Of a stretch of DNA of 64,000 nt, positions 60,223-64,000 are shown in pieces. The position numbers and the translations under genes were made by a program. The notes beneath the pieces were generated by a model. It did no database searches. It was not told where the DNA came from and was given only the letters and a program-made list of their open reading frames with translations. The stretch's first letter is position 1; every line of letters starts with the position of its first letter. This DNA is from Eukaryota sp. TZLM1-RC (lineage: Eukaryota > Protista > Metamonada: BaSk clade), in NCBI GenBank assembly GCA_040285825.1, contig JAUPSS010000007.1:1958689-2022688 (forward strand), read 5' to 3'.

Positions 60223-60293
60223 TGGGAAATAGTTTTTTAAATACCAAACAACTAAGAGGAATTGTTATCATTGTTTTAGTTCTTGTTTCAACT

Positions 60294-61082
60294 ATGCGTA
60301 TTACAGAGTTTCGCTTACCGCTACCTCTATCAACACACGAGTACCATATTGGACAACTCTATACGTGTGCACAAGCTTCCAAAAACGAAACAGATGGCAA
60401 TGATGGTATTGAAATTGTCCAAAATGAACCATATGAAGATGAACATCGTAGTGGCCAGTACACATACAAAATATTTCACCTTAAGAGCCATATCCCGAAG
60501 TTTTTGAGACCATTTATTCCTAAATCTGCAATGAAACTAGAAGAGAAGGCTTGGAATGCTTACCCTTACTGTCGTACTATTTATGTGAACGGGTTCTTAG
60601 GGGATAGATTCTCTCTGGAAGTGGAAACACTTCATGTTGACGACCGTGGAGACAATCCGAATGCCCTCAATATTTCCGAACAAGAATTGTCCTCTCGCCA
60701 AGTGGACCTAATAGATATTGTCAACGACTCAGTTGCACCAAAGGATTATGATGAACAATATGACCCTGCAGTTTGGGACTCTGCTAAACACCCTGGTAGA
60801 GGTAAATTGGCAAAAGACTGGATCCAAACCCATAACCCAGTCATGACAGCCTACAAGACCGTTCGTGCAAAGTTTACCTTCATGGGATTGACAAATAAGG
60901 TCGAAAAGTACATTATGAAGGTAATGCGTGACGTTTTTCTCAAATATCACCGTCAAACTATTTGTACCATGGATGAATGGATTGATTACTCCATGGATGA
61001 TATAAGACAACTCGAGGAAAAGACTAAAGAGGAGTTGGCCGAGACCTTCTCTCAACATACAGAGGATGTCGAACAAGAGTAG
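60294..61082 (+). CDS. Phosphatidylinositol transfer protein (PITP)
   Basis: EFRLPLPLS..EYHIGQLY, GQYTYKIFHL, EEKAWNAYPYCRT, GRGKLAKDW, MTAYK. Confidence 0.95.
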   Translation: MRITEFRLPLPLSTHEYHIGQLYTCAQASKNETDGNDGIEIVQNEPYEDEHRSGQYTYKIFHLKSHIPKFLRPFIPKSAMKLEEKAWNAYPYCRTIYVNGFLGDRFSLEVETLHVDDRGDNPNALNISEQELSSRQVDLIDIVNDSVAPKDYDEQYDPAVWDSAKHPGRGKLAKDWIQTHNPVMTAYKTVRAKFTFMGLTNKVEKYIMKVMRDVFLKYHRQTICTMDEWIDYSMDDIRQLEEKTKEELAETFSQHTEDVEQE

Positions 61083-61222
61083 TTTAATGTGTTTATGTTT
61101 AATTATTTCAGTAAATGTATGTGTATAATTTACATTTATTTAAAAACAAATAGTTGTGTAAGTAACAACACACATGAGAAATTGAACAAAATGAAAATAA
61201 ATTGTGCAATGACACATAACAC

Positions 61223-61780
61223 TCAATTACTCAACAATTGAACGGCGACTTTAATATGGCCAATTAGGTCCGAAAAAGTCATCAAAAACTCCCGAAAATC
61301 CGCATCTTCCACAGTGAGGTCAAGATTGTTGTGGTAAATAGACATAAAATCCAGATAACTTTTGCAAAGAGGAAGAGGAATTGTGGGTTTAATTGTTGAA
61401 TGTATCCTAAACATATAATCAGGCAAAGGTTCGCCATCTCCCATTTTAAGAGAATCAGAATACTTAGATACTGCAGATTCAAGAAAACGCAAACTACTGG
61501 AGATAGCTGTAGGGAGATGTACATTTTCAAAATAGGTGTAAGGAGCACCAAAGTTAGCAGCAGGAGTTTCTACAAAGTCTGGAGTAGTGGTACGGGTCTG
61601 ATTAACCTCTTTTCTGATACTTTCCTCTATATGAGAAGGTACATCCGGGTATTGTAGAGGAAGGCTCTGAGGAATGAGTTGAAAAACATGACCCTTATTT
61701 CTTGTCCTACGACGAAGGATCCACAAGGAAAGTACAAACGAAGAAGCAAGTATTATTGTTGTTAGTATCAGGTCATTCAT
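61223..61780 (-). CDS. Hypothetical single-pass membrane protein (~185 aa)
   Basis: N-terminal hydrophobic segment LILTTIILASSFVLSLWIL followed by RRR; clean ORF. Confidence 0.7.
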   Translation of the reverse strand: MNDLILTTIILASSFVLSLWILRRRTRNKGHVFQLIPQSLPLQYPDVPSHIEESIRKEVNQTRTTTPDFVETPAANFGAPYTYFENVHLPTAISSSLRFLESAVSKYSDSLKMGDGEPLPDYMFRIHSTIKPTIPLPLCKSYLDFMSIYHNNLDLTVEDADFREFLMTFSDLIGHIKVAVQLLSN

Positions 61781-61884
61781 AAGGAAGGAATGGTCCAGTT
61801 GCAGATTTAAGTTTGATTGCTTGACTTTTTTCAAAACGGCATTTTTCGAAGTTACTTTTTCTCGTTACCATTGTTGATTCACCC

Positions 61885-64000
61885 ATGAATCCACACTCTA
61901 ACGACAACAGTCCTGAGGTAGCTTGTGACCTCAGTACTGACTTCCATTCTTTGTCTACTGATGAAGCACTTCACCATTTCGCTGTAACAAAGTCCGAGGG
62001 TCTCTCTTCTTCCAAAGTTGAGTCACAACAAGCTCGCCATGGCTCCAATGAACTGACTATGGGTAAGCAAAAGAGCAAGCTTGTTATCTTTTTGTTGCAG
62101 TTTCATCAGCCTCTAATCTACATTCTCTTGGTAGCTGGTGTTGTTACTGCCTTTTTGGACCCGCCAGATTCTATTGCTATCTTTGGTGTTGTGCTTGTAA
62201 ATAGTATTGTTGGCTTCATACAAGAAGTCAAGGCTGCTCAAGCCATTAGTGCACTTGCCAAGAAGATGGTTTCTCTGGTCATGGTGCAACGAAACTCTCA
62301 AAAGATTGAAGTTAATGCAACCGAACTTGTTCCTGGTGACATTGTTTATCTCACTGCTGGTGCTAAGGTTCCTGCTGATCTTCGACTGTTGGAAATCCAT
62401 GACTTGTATATTGATGAGTCCGCTCTCACAGGTGAATCTGTTCCTTCATCAAAGTTTGTCAAGTCTGTAGATCCCAAATGTGCACTTGGGGACAGAAAGA
62501 ATATGGCCTTCTCATCAACTATCATTACTCGTGGCTCTGGTGTCGGTGTGGTAACCAGCATTGGGGATTACACTGAAATTGGTAAGATTAATGATCTGAT
62601 CCAACAATCAACTGCTATCAAGACTCCACTCACTGAAAAGATTGAACGATTCGCACATGCTCTGATGTTTGCAATCATTCTGCTCTCCATTGGTACTTTC
62701 TTCCTTGCTATGTTTAGAGCCAACATGGAATGGATTGATTCTTTTCATGCTTCTGTTGCCGTAGCTGTTTCTGCCATTCCTGAAGGACTTCCTGCTGCGC
62801 TCACCATTACTTTAGCTATTGGTGTCTGGAGAATGGCTAAGAGGAATGCAATCATTAGAGTTTTGCCTGCTGTTGAAACCCTTGGATCAACTTCTGTCAT
62901 CTGCTCTGATAAGACTGGAACTCTCACCACTAACCAAATGACTGTCAAGTCTATCTTCGTTGCTGGCCGTACTCACAATGTGTCTGGTATTGGTTATAGT
63001 GCCAATGGTGAAGTGGAAGATATCAATCCTAATGTTATTTCCCTTCTCGAAACTGGTTCTTATTGTAATGATTCAGCCATTATCAAGGATGGTGATAACT
63101 TGAAGTGTACCGGTGATCCTACAGAAGGCTGTCTTTTGGTCGCTGCTCAGAAAGCTGGTATCAAAGCCCATGAACTTGCTAATGCTGAACGTATTGCTGC
63201 CATTCCCTTTGATTCTGATTTGATGTTTATGGCTACGTTGAATACTGCTAAGGAAGGAGGTTTTAAGCTCCACGTTAAGGGAGCTCTCAGTGTACTTGAA
63301 CAACGGTGTTCTCACATCTTGACAAGCGAAGGTATTCGTGAAATCACAAATGAAGATCTTGAGGCACTGCAACTTGAGGCTGACAAGGCTGCCCGTCAAG
63401 GTCTCCGTGTTCTTGCTCACTGTAACAAGGAATATGCTGAAGCTGTGGACCAATTGACCCCTGAAGATGTGCAAGGCCTCACTCTTTTAGGTTTCCAAGC
63501 ACTCTATGACCCTCCTCGCGAATCAGTGATTCAATCCATTGCTGACTGTCGTGGAGCCAAGATTCAAGTTAAGATGCTCACAGGTGATCATAGCGTGACT
63601 GCTCTGTCTATCGCTAAGGAAATTGGCCTTACCCACAAGGATGACACCAATGTGGTCACTGGACCTCAGCTTGAGGAACTCACCGCCGAACAGCTTTCTG
63701 AAATTGTAAAAACAACTCATGTTTTCGCTAGAGTCTCACCTGAAAACAAGCTTCAGATTGTAAAGGCCTTACATGGTCATCAAGAAGTTTGTGCTGTTAC
63801 AGGTGATGGTACAAATGATGCCCCCGCTCTCAAAGCTGCTGATATTGGTGTTGCTATGGGTACTGGAACTGATGTAGCTAAAGAAGCTGCTGATATGGTC
63901 CTTACTGATGATAACTTTTCCACTATTGTTAATGCCGTGAAGGAAGGACGTTCTGTTTTCGCAAACTTGGTCAAGTTTATTCTCTGGACCATTCCTACTA
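61885..64000 (+). CDS. P2-type cation-transporting P-type ATPase (runs off right edge)
   Basis: ATG at 61885; DESALTGES, AIPEGLP, ICSDKTGTLT, DPPR, MLTGD, VTGDGTNDAPALK. Missing from the ORF track because there is no stop in the window. Confidence 0.95.
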   Translation, partial: MNPHSNDNSPEVACDLSTDFHSLSTDEALHHFAVTKSEGLSSSKVESQQARHGSNELTMGKQKSKLVIFLLQFHQPLIYILLVAGVVTAFLDPPDSIAIFGVVLVNSIVGFIQEVKAAQAISALAKKMVSLVMVQRNSQKIEVNATELVPGDIVYLTAGAKVPADLRLLEIHDLYIDESALTGESVPSSKFVKSVDPKCALGDRKNMAFSSTIITRGSGVGVVTSIGDYTEIGKINDLIQQSTAIKTPLTEKIERFAHALMFAIILLSIGTFFLAMFRANMEWIDSFHASVAVAVSAIPEGLPAALTITLAIGVWRMAKRNAIIRVLPAVETLGSTSVICSDKTGTLTTNQMTVKSIFVAGRTHNVSGIGYSANGEVEDINPNVISLLETGSYCNDSAIIKDGDNLKCTGDPTEGCLLVAAQKAGIKAHELANAERIAAIPFDSDLMFMATLNTAKEGGFKLHVKGALSVLEQRCSHILTSEGIREITNEDLEALQLEADKAARQGLRVLAHCNKEYAEAVDQLTPEDVQGLTLLGFQALYDPPRESVIQSIADCRGAKIQVKMLTGDHSVTALSIAKEIGLTHKDDTNVVTGPQLEELTAEQLSEIVKTTHVFARVSPENKLQIVKALHGHQEVCAVTGDGTNDAPALKAADIGVAMGTGTDVAKEAADMVLTDDNFSTIVNAVKEGRSVFANLVKFILWTIPT

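Noticed and set aside
62113-63992. Short ORFs listed in the track
   Set aside because: Antisense or alternate frames of the P-type ATPase.
1-64000. Alternative genetic code; tRNA, rRNA or snRNA genes
   Set aside because: Host genes translate cleanly with the standard code once introns are removed, and no RNA gene signature was recognised by eye.

Overview
Eukaryotic (protist-like) genomic DNA with compact host genes separated by dense transposon tracts. Host genes: LARP1, RPL35, eEFSec, a divergent actin-related protein, CCDC42/CFAP73-like, a TPR protein, a cullin-like protein, a MROH1-like HEAT protein, RPS12, a TBC RabGAP, PITP and a P-type ATPase. They carry tiny 25-31 nt GT-AG introns and very short divergent promoters. 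Mobile content: (i) three related Ty3/Gypsy LTR retrotransposons, one intact (38788-45695; 136-bp LTRs, 4-bp TSD, single ORF), one running off the left edge and one decayed; (ii) many CRE/R2-type non-LTR elements with a restriction-like endonuclease; (iii) a hAT remnant; (iv) four Fanzor (eukaryotic TnpB-like) relics. Two observations stand out. First, neither 5' LTR is followed by a canonical tRNA primer-binding site. Both are followed by a sequence-divergent but structurally identical palindrome (4-bp stem, AT bulge, CA-N8 palindrome-TG), and the start codon lies inside the LTR, which suggests a non-tRNA priming mechanism. Second, two decayed copies of an element join a PolB-type DEDDy 3'-5' exonuclease in frame to a Fanzor1, downstream of tandem repeats and a conserved hairpin block. 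All family assignments are by-eye motif recognition; no database searches were run.
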